64,000 nucleotides of DNA. Origin: Macrostomum lignano. Lineage: Eukaryota. The stretch spans positions 44,974 to 108,973 of the forward strand of contig NIVC01003258.1 of assembly GCA_002269645.1 (NCBI GenBank), written 5' to 3'. Below the pieces are notes generated by a model. The model ran no database searches and was not told the origin of the DNA. It was given only the letters and a program-made list of their open reading frames with translations. Below are positions 1 through 12,042 of this stretch, piece by piece (the stretch's first letter is position 1; every line of letters starts with the position of its first letter). The translations under genes were made by a program, and so were the position numbers.

Positions 1-478
1 GAGGTGAGCAATGTTTCTTTGGGTTTCTCTGGGTTTCTTTGATGTGCCGCCGCAGTCTCTTATCTCTGGTTTCTTTGATGTGCCGCCGTAGTCTCTTATA
101 TCTGGTTTCTTTGATGTGCCGCCATATCTTTGGTTTCTTTGATGTTCAGCCGCAGCCTCTTATCTCTGGTTTCTTTGGTGTGCCTCCCATTATCTCTTAC
201 CTATATGGTTTCTTTGATGTGCCACCGTAGTCTCTTATATCTGGTTTCTTTGATGTGCCGCTCCTTATGTCTTATCTCTGGTTTCTTTGATGTGCCGCTC
301 CTTATGTCTTATCTCTGGTTTCTTTGATGTGCCGCTCCTTATCTCTTACCTCTGGTTTCTTAGATGTGCCGCCGTAGTCTCTTATCTCGGGTTTCTTTGA
401 TGTGCTGCCGTAGTCTCTTATATCTGGATTCTTTGGTGTGCCGCCATAGTCTCTTATCTCTGGATTCTTTAATGTGGC
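1..478. repeat. About 40-bp minisatellite (TCTCTTATATCTGGTTTCTTTGATGTGCCGCCGTAG-like), RCBTB intron
   Basis: Direct reading; about 11 diverged copies. Confidence 0.9.
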
Positions 479-522
479 GCCCAAATCAACATATACTACC
501 TTATCACTTTCGATCCACCAAG

Positions 523-3372
523 GTGCACGCCTGGGGCTTCAACGGCAGCGGCCAGTTGGGCACAGGCGGTTGCGCAAATCAGCCGTTGCCGATCCGACTC
601 GACAACTGGCCCAGGGGAGGCGTCGGAGGCGTCAGCGGCGCTGGCGGAGGCGTGGCCCGTCTGGCCTGTGGCGCCGGTCACGTGCTGGCTGTGTCCACCA
701 GCGGCCGCCTGTTCGCCTGGGGCGCGAACTCGCACGGCCAGCTGGGCACTGGGGGCAAGTCGAACTCGTCGGCACCAACGGCAGTCAATATTCCTTCTGG
801 CGTTGGGGTAAGCCTAGAGACATGGTAGAGTCATTTGCAAACAACTCTCTAGTGACTCTTGTGCATCTGAGGCGACTCTTGTGACTTTTTAACAACTCAA
901 ACGCGTCAAATGCGATGCAGAGGCGACTGTTGCATCACAATCGCGTCACGTGAGTTGTAGAATCGTAAATTAGTCGCAAAAAGTCGTCCAAGAATCGTTG
1001 TGCTGGCCCGGTTAACTTCCTACAACTCAGTAGGCTATTTAGAGTGCAATTAGAGTTAAATAGGCTAAAACTGAGTGTTCATTGCCCGATTAAAAGACGC
1101 GATCTGCAACGCGTCTGAAATAAACGACTTTGGGGCGACGCAAGTGACTCCGGGACGCTTCTTGGCCTCGGTACCGTTTTCATTGGGCTACTGATTTAGG
1201 AGTTAATTTTCCGTATAATATAGTGTAGTGGACTAGCCATCTCAGCCCCCCATGGGGGAAAGTACTAAATGAAGAAATAGAGTTTTCCCTCTTTGTGCCA
1301 CGACATCTCAGGAACTCCCCTGGGAGCCTTGTCATTCCCTTATTTTACTCGTAGTAGCATATAACGCATTTCGGTATTTCCATAATTGCCCAGGTTCAAG
1401 GTCGGGGCGACGATGTCGCTGCCTATCGAGTGCTGGACATCGGGGCGGCGCACTATAGCAATCTGTCCACTGCTCTTGTCGCTTCGCCAAATGGTTCTGG
1501 CTGCGGGTCGCCCAACACGCCCGTGGTGTTCGCCTGGGGCCACAGCCGGGGCCAGTCCTTGTCCGTTCCCGTGCAGACTCGATTCGCTGAGTTGAACGAC
1601 GCTTTCGCCTGTCTGTCAAGTCCAGCCGTGACCTGTCGGAGGCTGCTGCTGTCTGGCGGTTGCAGTGAGTTAAGCAGAGTTGGTTGCGGTTAGTATGTAC
1701 CCTTCAGGTGGTGACGAGTTTCCATAGCAACCTCTAGAAGCCCTACAGTAAAATCGACTCCATAGCAACCGCTAGCAGCCCTACAGTAAAATCGAGTTTC
1801 CATAGCAACCGCTACCTGCCCTACAATAAAATCAAGTTTCCATAGCAACCGCTACCTGCCCTACAGTAAAATCAAGTTTCCATAGCAACCGCAATGCAGT
1901 TCCACTATATGACTTTGTTTCCTGTCCCCCCAAACAGAGCCTGCCTCGGACACAGCTGATGAGTCATCAGCCCCGGCCACCGTGGCCGACAGCATTCGCC
2001 AGGCATTCGACGATCCTTCAACTAGCGACGTCACTTTTCGAGTCGACGGTCGCGACATTCGAGCTCACAGATCGTTGCTCAGGATTCGGTGTAGACATTT
2101 CCGAAGCATGCTTAGCGACAGCTGGTCCGAGCACCGACAGGAGGTTATCGAAGTTCGCGACTACTCCTATAGCGTCTACCGGGCTTTCCTTGAGTACCTG
2201 TACAGCGACACCGTCTGTCTGTCGCCTGAGGACGATCACGACGCTTCGTCAGTTGGACTTCTTGATCTGGCAAACTGCTATTGCGAGACCCGGCTGAAGT
2301 CGCTGTGCGAGGAGCTGATTGAGCAGCGGGTCAACGTTGACAATGCCCTGGAGTTGTACGCTGCCGCGATCCGGTTCTCCGCTCCTGTGAGTTCCTGTGA
2401 TGACTCATCTGTGTGTGATCAATGCTGACCCATCTCTGATCCCCATGCTGACCCATTTGTGTGATACTGATCCCCATGCTGACCCATCTGTGTGATCCCC
2501 ATGCTGACCCATCTGTGTGATCCCCATGCTGACCCACCTGTGTCATCCCCATGCTGACCCACCTGTGTCATCCCCATGCTGACCCACCTGTGTCATCCCC
2601 ATGCTGACCCATCTGTGTCATCCCCATGCTGACCCATCTGTGTGATCCCCATGCTGACTCATCTGTGTGTAATCCCTATGCTGACCCACCTGTGTAATCC
2701 CCATTCTGACCCACCTGTGTGATCCCCATGCTGACCCACCTGTGCAATCCCCATGCTGACCCACCTGTGTAATCCCCATGCTGACCCACCTGTGCAATCC
2801 CCATGCTGACCCATCTGTGTGATCCCCATGCTGACCCACCTGTGTAATCCCCATGCTGACCCACCTGTGTCATCCCCATGCTGACCCATCTGTGTCATCC
2901 CCATGCTGACCCATCTGTGTGATCCCCATGCTGACTCATCTGTGTGTAATCCCTATGCTGACCCACCTGTGTAATCCCCATTCTGACCCACCTGTGTGAT
3001 CCCCATGCTGACCCACCTGTGCAATCCCCATGCTGACCCACCTGTGTAATCCCCATGCTGACCCACCTGTGCAATCCCCATGCTGACCCATCTGTGTGAT
3101 CCCCATGCTGACCCACCTGTGTATTCCCCTGCTGACCCACCTGTGTAATCCCCATGCTGACCCATCTCTCTGATTCTCTGCTAAGTTTGCAGCAATCCCC
3201 AATGCTTTTCGGCGCTGCCTGCCTGTTGCAGACTCTGGAGCAGTTCTGCTTCAACTTCGCAGTCTACAACCTGAGCGCGGTGGTCTCTGCCGAGTCTTTC
3301 AGTCAGCTGGACGAATTTACTTTGAAGCAGTTCATGCGGCTGGCGGCCAAAGCGGGGGCGTTCAAGTATTGA
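523..3372 (+). CDS. RCBTB1: RCC1 and BTB domain-containing protein (RCBTB1/RCBTB2-like), 3' part; exons 523-807, 1394-1664, 1938-2386, 3232-3372; 5' exons lie upstream of the window
   Basis: RCC1 repeats (VHAWGFNGSGQLG, LFAWGANSHGQLG), a BTB domain (SDVTFRVDGRDIRAHRSLLRIRCRHFRSML) and a C-terminus LEQFCFNF...KQFMRLAAKAGAFKY resembling vertebrate RCBTB1 (LEEFCFKF...KEFIAKASKCGAFKN, from memory). All junctions are GT-AG with matching phases (0,1,0). The 1 vs 2 paralog is not resolvable. Confidence 0.9.
1715..1892. repeat. 40-bp minisatellite containing GTTTCCATAGCAAC, RCBTB intron
   Basis: Copies at 1718, 1756 (variant), 1796, 1836 and 1876. Confidence 0.9.
2400..3165. repeat. 26-27-bp minisatellite (CCCCATGCTGACCCACCTGTGTGAT) with a 277-bp higher-order duplication
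   Basis: Direct reading; a block of variant units recurs at a 277-bp offset. Confidence 0.95.
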
Positions 3373-3582
3373 TCACAACCAGTAGTAGATAGCGCGTTTT
3401 ATGGCGTTTTATGAATATTATTTTAACTCAAATTGGACCAAGTCATATGGAGTCTGTGTTAATTATATAAACTTCCCTTCACATCAAATGCAGCTGGAAA
3501 TTCATTGACATTTTTAATGCGAAATTTATAATATTCTTTGGTAATATTAATTTATTCTATTTTGTTTATTATTGGATATTTA

Positions 3583-4900
3583 CGAGGGGTGATCAAAAAG
3601 TTCTGCAACCTTTTGTTATAGCTTTTAGTTATAGAATCGGCAAAAGCCAAAAACTTACACATATGCGGCTATATCTGTTTGCTATATTTATATGCATTTT
3701 TGGCTTCCAAATGTGCTCCAGTAAAATTTCACAGCCATATATTTTCCATGTGTTTTCAGTAGCTGATGGAAACATCAAAAGACAGTGTTCGCTTCTATAT
3801 CTTTATGCGCATGCAACTTGGTTGCAAAGTGACTGAGACTCACACCGATCTGGTGAATGTTTTAGCTGACTCTGCTCCATCATTTGACACGGTTGCCCGC
3901 TGGCTGCGCCATTTCTTGGAAGGCTGGGACAGCTTCAACGACGAACCGAGGTCTGGCCGACCCCGGAAATCCGTGACCGAAGATGTCGTGGCCCATGCCG
4001 ATGCAATAATTCGTGAGGATTGGAGCATTATGCTGAGATTCATTGCCTATGAGCTTGGTGTCAGCTATAGAAGTGCCCATAACATCATGCATGAGCAACT
4101 GGGCCGCACAAAGACCTGCGCTCGGTGGGTACCCCATCTTCTCACTCCGGAGCAGCAAGCAGAGAGGGTGCGCATCTGTCGCTTGTGGCTGCAAATGTTT
4201 GAGCCCCACGGCCCACGACAACTGTCGGATGTCATCACAGGAGACGAATGTTGGATCTCCTTCTTTACCATGAAGGATAAGCAGTCCAACATGGTCTGGC
4301 TAGCAGAAGATGAGCCAAGGCCTGAGGTGCTGAAGACCGGATTCCGCAGTCCGAAGCGGATGTTCACCATTTTTTTTAACTCTCAGGGTGTTGTAGCGGT
4401 GAACATCCTTCCAGCGGGTGCCACAGTGACTGCCAGGTACTACACAGACACTGTTCTGCCAGGCGTGCTGCAGGAGCGGCAGGAACGTGCGCGAACTAGG
4501 CATGGACCTCGACTCCTGCTGCACCATGACAATGCGGCACCGCACAGAGCGGCCTCAACCATGGCGTACCTGGAGCAGCAGGGGGTCCGGCTGCTGCCCC
4601 ATCCACCCTACTCTCTAGACCTAGCACCGTGCGACTTTTGGCTGTTCCCGAGGATCAAATCCGTCATTTCTGGGAGGCCGTTTTCACGCATGCAAGACCT
4701 TGCCCAAGCGGTAAATTCAGCTCTACAGGGTATACCAACTTCGGAGTACCATGACTGCTTTCAGACATGGTGCACACGGATGCGACGGTGCATAGATAGT
4801 GGTGGAAAGTACTTTAAGGGAATGTGACACTGATTAGACGCCTCGGCTGCTGTAGCACAGAGTTGTGAGGTCACTTGCAGAACTTTTTGATCACCCCTCG
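3583..4900 (+). mobile_element. Full-length mariner (Tc1/mariner, DD34D) DNA transposon, 1318 bp
   Basis: Perfect 26-bp TIRs CGAGGGGTGATCAAAAAGTTCTGCAA (3583-3608) and its reverse complement (4875-4900). TA duplication at 3581-3582 and 4901-4902. Single internal transposase ORF. Confidence 0.96.
3766..4827 (+). CDS. Mariner transposase, 353 aa
   Basis: Motifs EPRSGRP, WVPHLL (WVPHEL), VITGDECW, HHDNAAPH and HPPYSLDLAPCD. Exactly 34 residues lie between the 2nd and 3rd catalytic Asp. Confidence 0.95.
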   Translation: METSKDSVRFYIFMRMQLGCKVTETHTDLVNVLADSAPSFDTVARWLRHFLEGWDSFNDEPRSGRPRKSVTEDVVAHADAIIREDWSIMLRFIAYELGVSYRSAHNIMHEQLGRTKTCARWVPHLLTPEQQAERVRICRLWLQMFEPHGPRQLSDVITGDECWISFFTMKDKQSNMVWLAEDEPRPEVLKTGFRSPKRMFTIFFNSQGVVAVNILPAGATVTARYYTDTVLPGVLQERQERARTRHGPRLLLHHDNAAPHRAASTMAYLEQQGVRLLPHPPYSLDLAPCDFWLFPRIKSVISGRPFSRMQDLAQAVNSALQGIPTSEYHDCFQTWCTRMRRCIDSGGKYFKGM

Positions 4901-5023
4901 TATAATGTGCAATGAGCTTATTGTTAATGTGCAAAATATATGCAGCAGATTAATGGCTATAACTAAATAAACTAAAACTACTGCATTCCCGCCTTTCCAA
5001 GTGAATTTATCGACCTTGGCAGC

Positions 5024-5263
5024 ATGCAAATACTTGAGTACAGTTGGCTGAGCTGGGAGAAGGGCTGTGGGGTTTTCGAGGAAGAGTTTCGCGTGCGGTT
5101 GTTGGCCACGGGCTGGGGCTTGCTGCACCAGTGTACAGAGGAACTAGCTGCCCTGAGTACTGCACGTCCTGAGCTCTCAGTCTACACGGATGGCTCTGTA
5201 CGCGGATCTTCTAGCCCTCCGCATGAATCCTCTGAGAAGCCGGGACAGACAGACCGACTCTAA
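5024..5263 (+). pseudogene. Possible short relic of a non-LTR retrotransposon RNase H domain
   Basis: Only the motif LSVYTDGSV (YTDGS, first catalytic motif of LINE-type RNase H) in a GC-rich island; no further motifs seen. Confidence 0.3.
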
Positions 5264-5419
5264 AAGACTGAGCTCACTGAGAGGCCAGCTGTCTGTAGAT
5301 TAGCATTGTATATTAGCATTATATTGCTCGAAATTGAGCAGTGCATTTTGGTAAGTTTTGAAGCCTTGAAAATCTCCATTGAATCCACAACAACTGCTCT
5401 CAAGATAATCGCTCAGAAA

Positions 5420-5790
5420 CCCACAAAAATCGCCTCTAAACCCCAAAAATCTCCTCTAAACCCACAAAAATCGCCTCTAAACCACAAAAATCTCCTCTAA
5501 ACCCACAAAAATCGCCTCTAAACCCAACAAAAATCGCCTCTAAACCCAACAAAAATCTCCTCTAAACCCACAAATATCCTATAAACCCACAAAAATCTTC
5601 TAAAATCTTCTCTAAACCCACAAAAATCTCCTATAAACCCACGAAAATCGCCTCTAAACCCCAAAAATCTCTAAACCCACAAAAATCTCTAAACCCACAA
5701 AAATCGCCTCTAAACCCACAAAAATCGCCTCTAAACCCCAAAAATCTCTAAACCCACAAAAATCGCCTCTTAACTCAAAAAATCGCCCCA
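5420..5790. repeat. About 20-bp minisatellite (AAAAATCGCCTCTAAACCCAC)
   Basis: Direct reading. Confidence 0.9.
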
Positions 5791-5877
5791 AACATAATCA
5801 ACTTACTTCTCTTCACCAAGAAACGCCCACCTCCACCCATCAGTTGAGTCGCAACTCAACCCCATCCCAGCGAGTCG

Positions 5878-8800
5878 ATGTCCTCAACTTACGGCTTCAA
5901 AATCTGCGACGTGGCCAGCAAGCTGATGTCGGAGATTGACGCGCCAGGCGGCGGGCTGGAGTACACCCGCTACCTGGCCGACAATCTGGACCTCATCCGC
6001 CGGGCGGCCACCTACAAGCTGGAGCGGACGGAGCCGGACTGCCGCTACCTGTGGTCGCCGGTGCACGCGGCGGCCCGGCAGGGCAGGCGAGACATTCTCG
6101 AGATTTTCCTCCATGCCGCCTGCTGGATGGAGGGTCAGGACGAGAGGAAACGGGCGCCTGTGTGGTACGCAGCTCGCTACGGACATCTGGAGGTGAGCCT
6201 GGGGAGAGTGGTGCTGCTTGTCCGCTGTGCATCAGCTCTTTATCTTCTGCCTCTCTGTTTCTCCTCGGCCTCTCCTCATCAGCTTCTACCTCTACCTCAG
6301 CCTCTCCTTCTCAGCCTCTCCCTCTCAGCCTCTCCTTCTCAGCCTCTCCTTCTCAGCCTCTCCTTCTCAGCCTCTCCTTCTCAGCCTCTCCTTCTCAGCC
6401 TCTCCCTCTCAGCCTCTCCCTCAGCCTCTCCCTCTCAGCCTCTCCTTCTCAGCCTCTCCCTGCAGCCTCTCCCTCTCAGCCTCTCCTTCTCAGCCTCTCC
6501 CTCTCAGCCTCTCCCTCAGCCTCTCCCTTTCAGCCTCTCCATCTCAGCCTCTCCCTCTCAGCCTCTCCCTCAGCATCTCCCTCTCAGCCTCTCCCTCAGC
6601 CTCTCCCTCAGCCTCTCCCTCAGCCTCTCCCCTCAGCCTCTCCTCAGCCTCTCCCTCAGCCTCTCCCCCTCAGCCTCTCCTTCTCAGCCTCTCCCTCAGC
6701 CTCTCCTTCTCAGCCTCTCCTTCTCAGCCTCTCCTTCTCAGCCTCTCCCTCTCAGCCTCTCCCTCAGCCTCTCCCCTCAGCCTCTCCTTCTCAGCCTCTC
6801 CCTGCAGCCTCTCCCTCTCAGCCTCTCCTTCTCAGCCTCTCCCTCTCAGCCTCTCCCTCAGCCTCTCCTTCTCAGCCTCTCCTTCTCAGCCTCTCCCCTC
6901 AGCCTCTCCTTCTCAGCCTCTCCTTCTCAGCCTCTCCCCTCAGCCTCTCCCTGTCAGCCGCAGTCAGGCCGCACACTCTGACTCCTTCCTCCATCCAGGC
7001 GGTGCAGCTGCTGGTTGACTCCGGCATGAAATTCAAATACGGCGACGTCGACGGCTGGTCGCCGCTGCACGCCGCCAGCCGCTACGGCCACCTGGGCATC
7101 GCGCAGCTCCTCATCCGGCACGACAGCCCCGTGAACCACTGCGACGCCATCGGGTGGACGCCTTTGCACAAAGCTGTCTGGGGCGACCACCTGCAGGTGT
7201 GCCAGCACCTGGTCCGCTTCGGCGCTTCGGTCAACGCTACCACCTTCAACGACAGGGTGACGCCGCTGCACCTCGCCTGCTACAGGGTCAACACCAGAGC
7301 CGCCCGGCTGTTCATGTCCAAGTCCACTGACATTTCGCAGGGCACCGCCAAGGGTGTGACGCCCCTGATGGTGGCCTCCCAGCTGGGCAGTCACGAGCTA
7401 GTGGAGTACTTGACCTTCTCGGGGGCGTCGGTTAACGAGAGAACGGCGTGGCACTCCACTCCGATGCACTACGCTGCGGAAGCCGGCCACACCAGCGTGG
7501 TGACCCTGCTGATGCGGAAGGGAGCCGATCCCGATAAGTGAGATTTGCTTGCATTTCTACTGTTAGTAGGATAATTCAGGTTGGGCTGGAGATTTCACTG
7601 TGCGACTTTTAAGAAGTTTTTCATTTTTTTAGTTTTCTATTGTTAGTAGGTAAATTCAGGAATTCATCTTTAACTGCCACTGTCATTTCTATTTATATCA
7701 TGTATATTCTCAGGTCTGTAAGGTTTCGGGTTTCTGAAGTTTCAGATTTGTGACGATTCGAATCTATATCTGTCTGTGAAGACTCGGATTTGTGAAGATT
7801 CGAATTATTGAGGATTCGGGTTTGTGGAGATTCGGTTTTGTAAAGATTCGGGTCTGTGAAAATTCGGGTTTGTGAAGACCCGGGTTTGCGAAGATTCGGG
7901 TTTGTAAAGATTGATCGTGTTTGTGAAGATTCGGGTTTGTGAATATCCGGGTTTGTGAAGATTCCAGTTTGTGAAGATTCCAGTTTGTGAATATTCGTGT
8001 TTATAAAGATTCGGGTTTGTAAAGATTCGGGTTTGTGAAGATTGATCGTGTTTGTGAAGATTCGGGTTTGTGAAGATTCGGGTTTGTGAAGATTCGGGTT
8101 TGTGAAGATTCGGGTTTGTAAAGATTCGGGATTGTGAAGATTTTTTGTGAAGATTCGGGTTTGTGAAGATTCGGGTTTGTGAAGATTCGGGTTTGTGAAG
8201 ATTCGAGTGTAACCCTCCCGTCGCCTCACGCAGGCTGAACCGTCACGGCTGGACTCCGTTTCTTTTGGCTGCCCGTCACGGCCACCTTCCAGTCTGCAGA
8301 GCGCTCCGACTCAAGGGCGCCAACGCCAGAGCAGTGCTCAGGCCCCACGGCTACACGGCTGTGCACCTGGCCTGCTTAGCCGGTGACCTGGAAACCCTCG
8401 CCTACCTGGTCGACAGTCTCGAACTACCCGTGGACTCGCGCGACTCCAAGGGTCGAACCCCGGTCCACCTGTGCGCTGTTCGCGGCTTCGACGATTGCCT
8501 CCAGCTGCTGTTGAAACGCGGCGCTAGACTTGACAATCGGGACCACCGAGGCCGGACTCCCGTGAGTGCTCAGCTCATCTGCATTTTTCTTCAGATTTTC
8601 ATTTTAAAGATTTTAAAAACTTATGACATTGTCGATGGCCTCAGCTTAGTCTGCGCGGAGCTTTGTTTTGATTGTCTCTTGGGCCGGCCACAAGAGTTGG
8701 CAAAAGTTGAGCTTCTGGGAGAGGGTGTGGCATGATTAGAGAGGGTGTGGGATGATTAGAGAGGGTGTGGGATGATTAGAGGGTGTGGGATGATTAGAGA

Positions 8801-10083
8801 GGGTGTGGGATGATTAGAGGGTGTGGGATGATTAGAGAGGGTGTGGGATGATTAGAGGGTGTGGGATGATTAGAGAGGGTGTGGGATGATTAGAGAGGGT
8901 GTGGGATGATTAGAGAGGGTGTGGGATGATTAGAGAGGGTGTGGGATGATTAGAGAGGGTGTGGGATGATTAGAGAGGGTGTGGGATGATTAGAGAGGGT
9001 GTGGGATGATTAGAGAGGGTGTGGGATGATTAGAGAGGGTGTGGGATGATTAGAGAGGGTGTGGGATGATTAGAGAGGGTGTGGGATGATTAGAGGGTGT
9101 GGGATGATTAGAGAGGGTGTGGGATGATTAGAGAGGGTGTGGGATGATTAGAGAGGGTGTGGGATGATTAGAGAGGGTGTGGGATGATTAGAGAGGGTGT
9201 GGGATGATTAGAGAGGGTGTGGGATGATTAGAGAGGGTGTGGGATGATTAGAGAGGGTGTGGGATGATTAGAGAGGGTGTGGGATGATTAGAGGGTGTGA
9301 GATGATGAGAGAGGGTCTGAGAGGGTGTCAGAGAGTGTGAGATGATGATGATGAGAGAGGGTGTGAGAGAGTGTGAGATGATAAGAGGGTGTGAGAGAGT
9401 GTGAGATGATAAGAGGGTGTGAGAGAGTGTGAGATGATGAGAGGGTGTGAGAGAGTGTGAGATGATGAGAGGGTGTGAGAGAGTGTGAGATGATAAGAGG
9501 GTGTGAGAGAGTGTGAGATGATAAGAGGGTGTGAGAGAGTGTGAGATGATAAGAGGGTGTGAGAGAGTGTGAGATGATGAGAGGGTGTGAGAGAGTGTGA
9601 GATGATAAGAGGGTGTGAGAGGATGAGAGGGTGTGAGAGAGTGTGAGATGATGAGAGGGTGTGAGAGAGTGAGATGATGAGAGGGGGTGTATCATGGTGT
9701 GACATGATGAGGTGTGAGAGGGTGTAGGAGGGTATGAGATGATGTGAGATGATGAGATGATGATGATATTAGAGATGCTTAGAGAGAATTGGGTGTCAGA
9801 GAGTGAGATCGACAAGCTTCGCATGCGAGAGTCACAGAGAAGTCGCAGAATTACATGCAGCTGCATCTACACCAAGATGTTAGAAATTGTGACAATTTCA
9901 AAAGCAGAGGAGAAAGAGAAGCCGATTGATGCAAGCCAATCAATCACACTGCCCCGGCAGGTCCACCTGGCCACTCTAGCGGGCTACATCAGCTTGGCAA
10001 AGCAGCTCATTCTCAACGGCGCCAGCCTGTGGGACGCACTCAAGGCGCTGCTGTGGACGGCCAACAAGATTAAAGCCGACTGA
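5878..10083 (+). CDS. Ankyrin-repeat protein, about 434 aa; exons 5878-6192, 6999-7537, 8234-8561, 9961-10083
   Basis: About 10 ankyrin repeats (SPVHAAARQG, GWSPLHAASRYGH, GWTPLHKA, GVTPLMVASQLG, GRTP|VHLA spanning a junction). GT-AG junctions with phases 0,2,0 join into one open frame of 1305 nt. Confidence 0.88.
6270..6950. repeat. 12-14-bp minisatellite (CCTCTCCTTCTCAG), ankyrin intron 1
   Basis: Direct reading. Confidence 0.95.
7760..8205. repeat. 16-bp minisatellite (GGGTTTGTGAAGATTC), ankyrin intron 2
   Basis: Direct reading. Confidence 0.93.
8720..9680. repeat. 20-bp minisatellite (GAGAGGGTGTGGGATGATTA) grading into a related ~30-bp unit, ankyrin intron 3
   Basis: Near-perfect copies at 8740-9295, derivative array at 9300-9680. 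Confidence 0.95.
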
Positions 10084-10189
10084 TTATTGTATTAACGCCA
10101 ATATTCATTTTTGTTTTCTCGTGCGGCTGTGCCCCTCTCTCCACCCTACCCACCTCGCTCAACATCCTGCCAACTTCACTTCCCAGTTC

Positions 10190-11220
10190 CACCGTCACAA
10201 TTCTACTCTACCCAACTTCTCTCTCCACTCTTCCCAAACATCTTCCTACTCTACCCAACATCTCCCCACTCTATCCAATATCCCCCCTTTCTACCCAACA
10301 TCTCCCTACTCTACCCAACATTTCCACACTCTACCCAACATCTCCCTACTCTACCCAACATCTCCCTACTCTTCCCAAACATCTTCCTACTCTACCCAAC
10401 ATCTCCCCACTCTACCCAACATCTCCCTACTCTACCCAACATCTCCCCACTCTACCCAACATCTCCCTACTCTACCCAACATCTCCCTACTCTACCCAAC
10501 ATCTCCCTACTTTACCCAACATCTCCCTACTCTACCCAACATATCCCTACTCTACCCAACATCTCCCTACTCTACCCAACATATCCCTACTCTACCCAAC
10601 TTCTCTCTCCACTCTTCCCAAACATCTTCCTACTCTACCCAACATCTCCCCACTCTACCCAACATCTCCCTACTCTACCCAACATCTCCCCACTCTACCC
10701 AACATCTCCCTACTCTACCCAACATCTCCCTACTCTACCCAACATCTCCCTACTTTACCCAACATCTCCCTACTCTACCCAACATATCCCTACTCTACCC
10801 AACATCTCCCTACTCTACCCAACATATCCCTACTCTACCCAACTTCTCTCTCCACTCTTCCCAAACATCTTCCTACTCTACCCAACATCTCCCCACTCTA
10901 TCCAATATCCCCCCTTTCTACCCAACATCTCCCTACTCTACCCAACATTTCCACACTCTACCCAACATCTCCCTACTCTACCCAACATCTCCCTACTCTA
11001 CCTAATATCTCCCTACTCTTCCCAACATCTCCCTACTCTACCCAACATCTCCCTACTCTACCCAACATCTCCCTACTTTACCCAACATCTCCCTACTCTA
11101 CCCAACATCTCCCTACTCTACCCAACATCTCCCTACTCTACCCAACATCTCCCCACTCTACCCAACATCTCCCTACTCTACCCAACATCTCCCTGTCCCT
11201 ACTCTACCCAACATCTCCCA
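10190..11220. repeat. 20-bp minisatellite (CTCTACCCAACATCTCCCTA) between the convergent ankyrin and PRPF31 3' ends
   Basis: Direct reading; higher-order blocks present. Confidence 0.95.
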
Positions 11221-11789
11221 CTCAAAAACAATTAGAACTGAGGCGCACCGCCTCTGCTTTTCAATGAGCAGTATTTGAAAGTTTTTTCTTTTTGCTCCAA
11301 TTTCTTTTCAAAATTGTTGTTCAAAACTGTTCAAAATATACAAAATCAGTTAGAACAAAGTCAGATAAAAGCAATGAAAGTTTCTGATTTCGCACACCAA
11401 TGAATTGCAGGTTGGCGTGACTGGCTAGAAGTGGAGTATATTTGTACAACACTGGGCAACAATATGCAATGCAATTTGTACGCGAATTATAACTAGTTTA
11501 GTATGTTTGTCAGAAACACAGAGATTACTAACTGTAGTTAGTTTAGTAAAGGACAAATATAACTTTATTAAAGATTGAATACCCGTGAACTATAAAACTA
11601 AGCTGTGGGGTTAGTTCACAGTACTTTTGAATCTCGTGCTTGACTCAGTTACTCTTATTATTTCTAGCACTCACTCAGCACTCATCAATCAGTCACTCCC
11701 ATCTAGTCACTTTGAATGGGTCACACACAGTTGCTATAAATAAGTCCATCTTAACCAGTCACTCTGTCACTCTTATCAACCATTCTAAA

Positions 11790-12005
11790 AAGTCACTCGC
11801 AATCAGTCACTCTAAACAAGTCACTCTCAATCAGTCACTCTAAACAAGTCACTCTCAATCAGTCGCTCTAAACAAGTCACTCTCAATCAGTCACTCTAAA
11901 CAAGTCACTCTCAATCAGTCACTCTAAACAAGTCACTCTCAATCAGTCACTCTAAACAAGTCACTCTCAATCAGTCACTCTAAGCAAGTCACTCTCAATC
12001 TGTCA
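11790..12005. repeat. 28-bp minisatellite (AACAAGTCACTCTCAATCAGTCACTCTA; a 2x14 dimer) just after the PRPF31 stop
   Basis: Direct reading. Confidence 0.93.
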
Positions 12006-12042
12006 CCCTAAACGAGTCACTCTCCGACCAAGTCCCTCGATC

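Noticed and set aside
11240-11260. GAGGCG-CAC-CGCCTC hairpin followed by T-rich sequence
   Set aside because: Resembles a bacterial terminator, but the context is eukaryotic and a single short hairpin is unremarkable.
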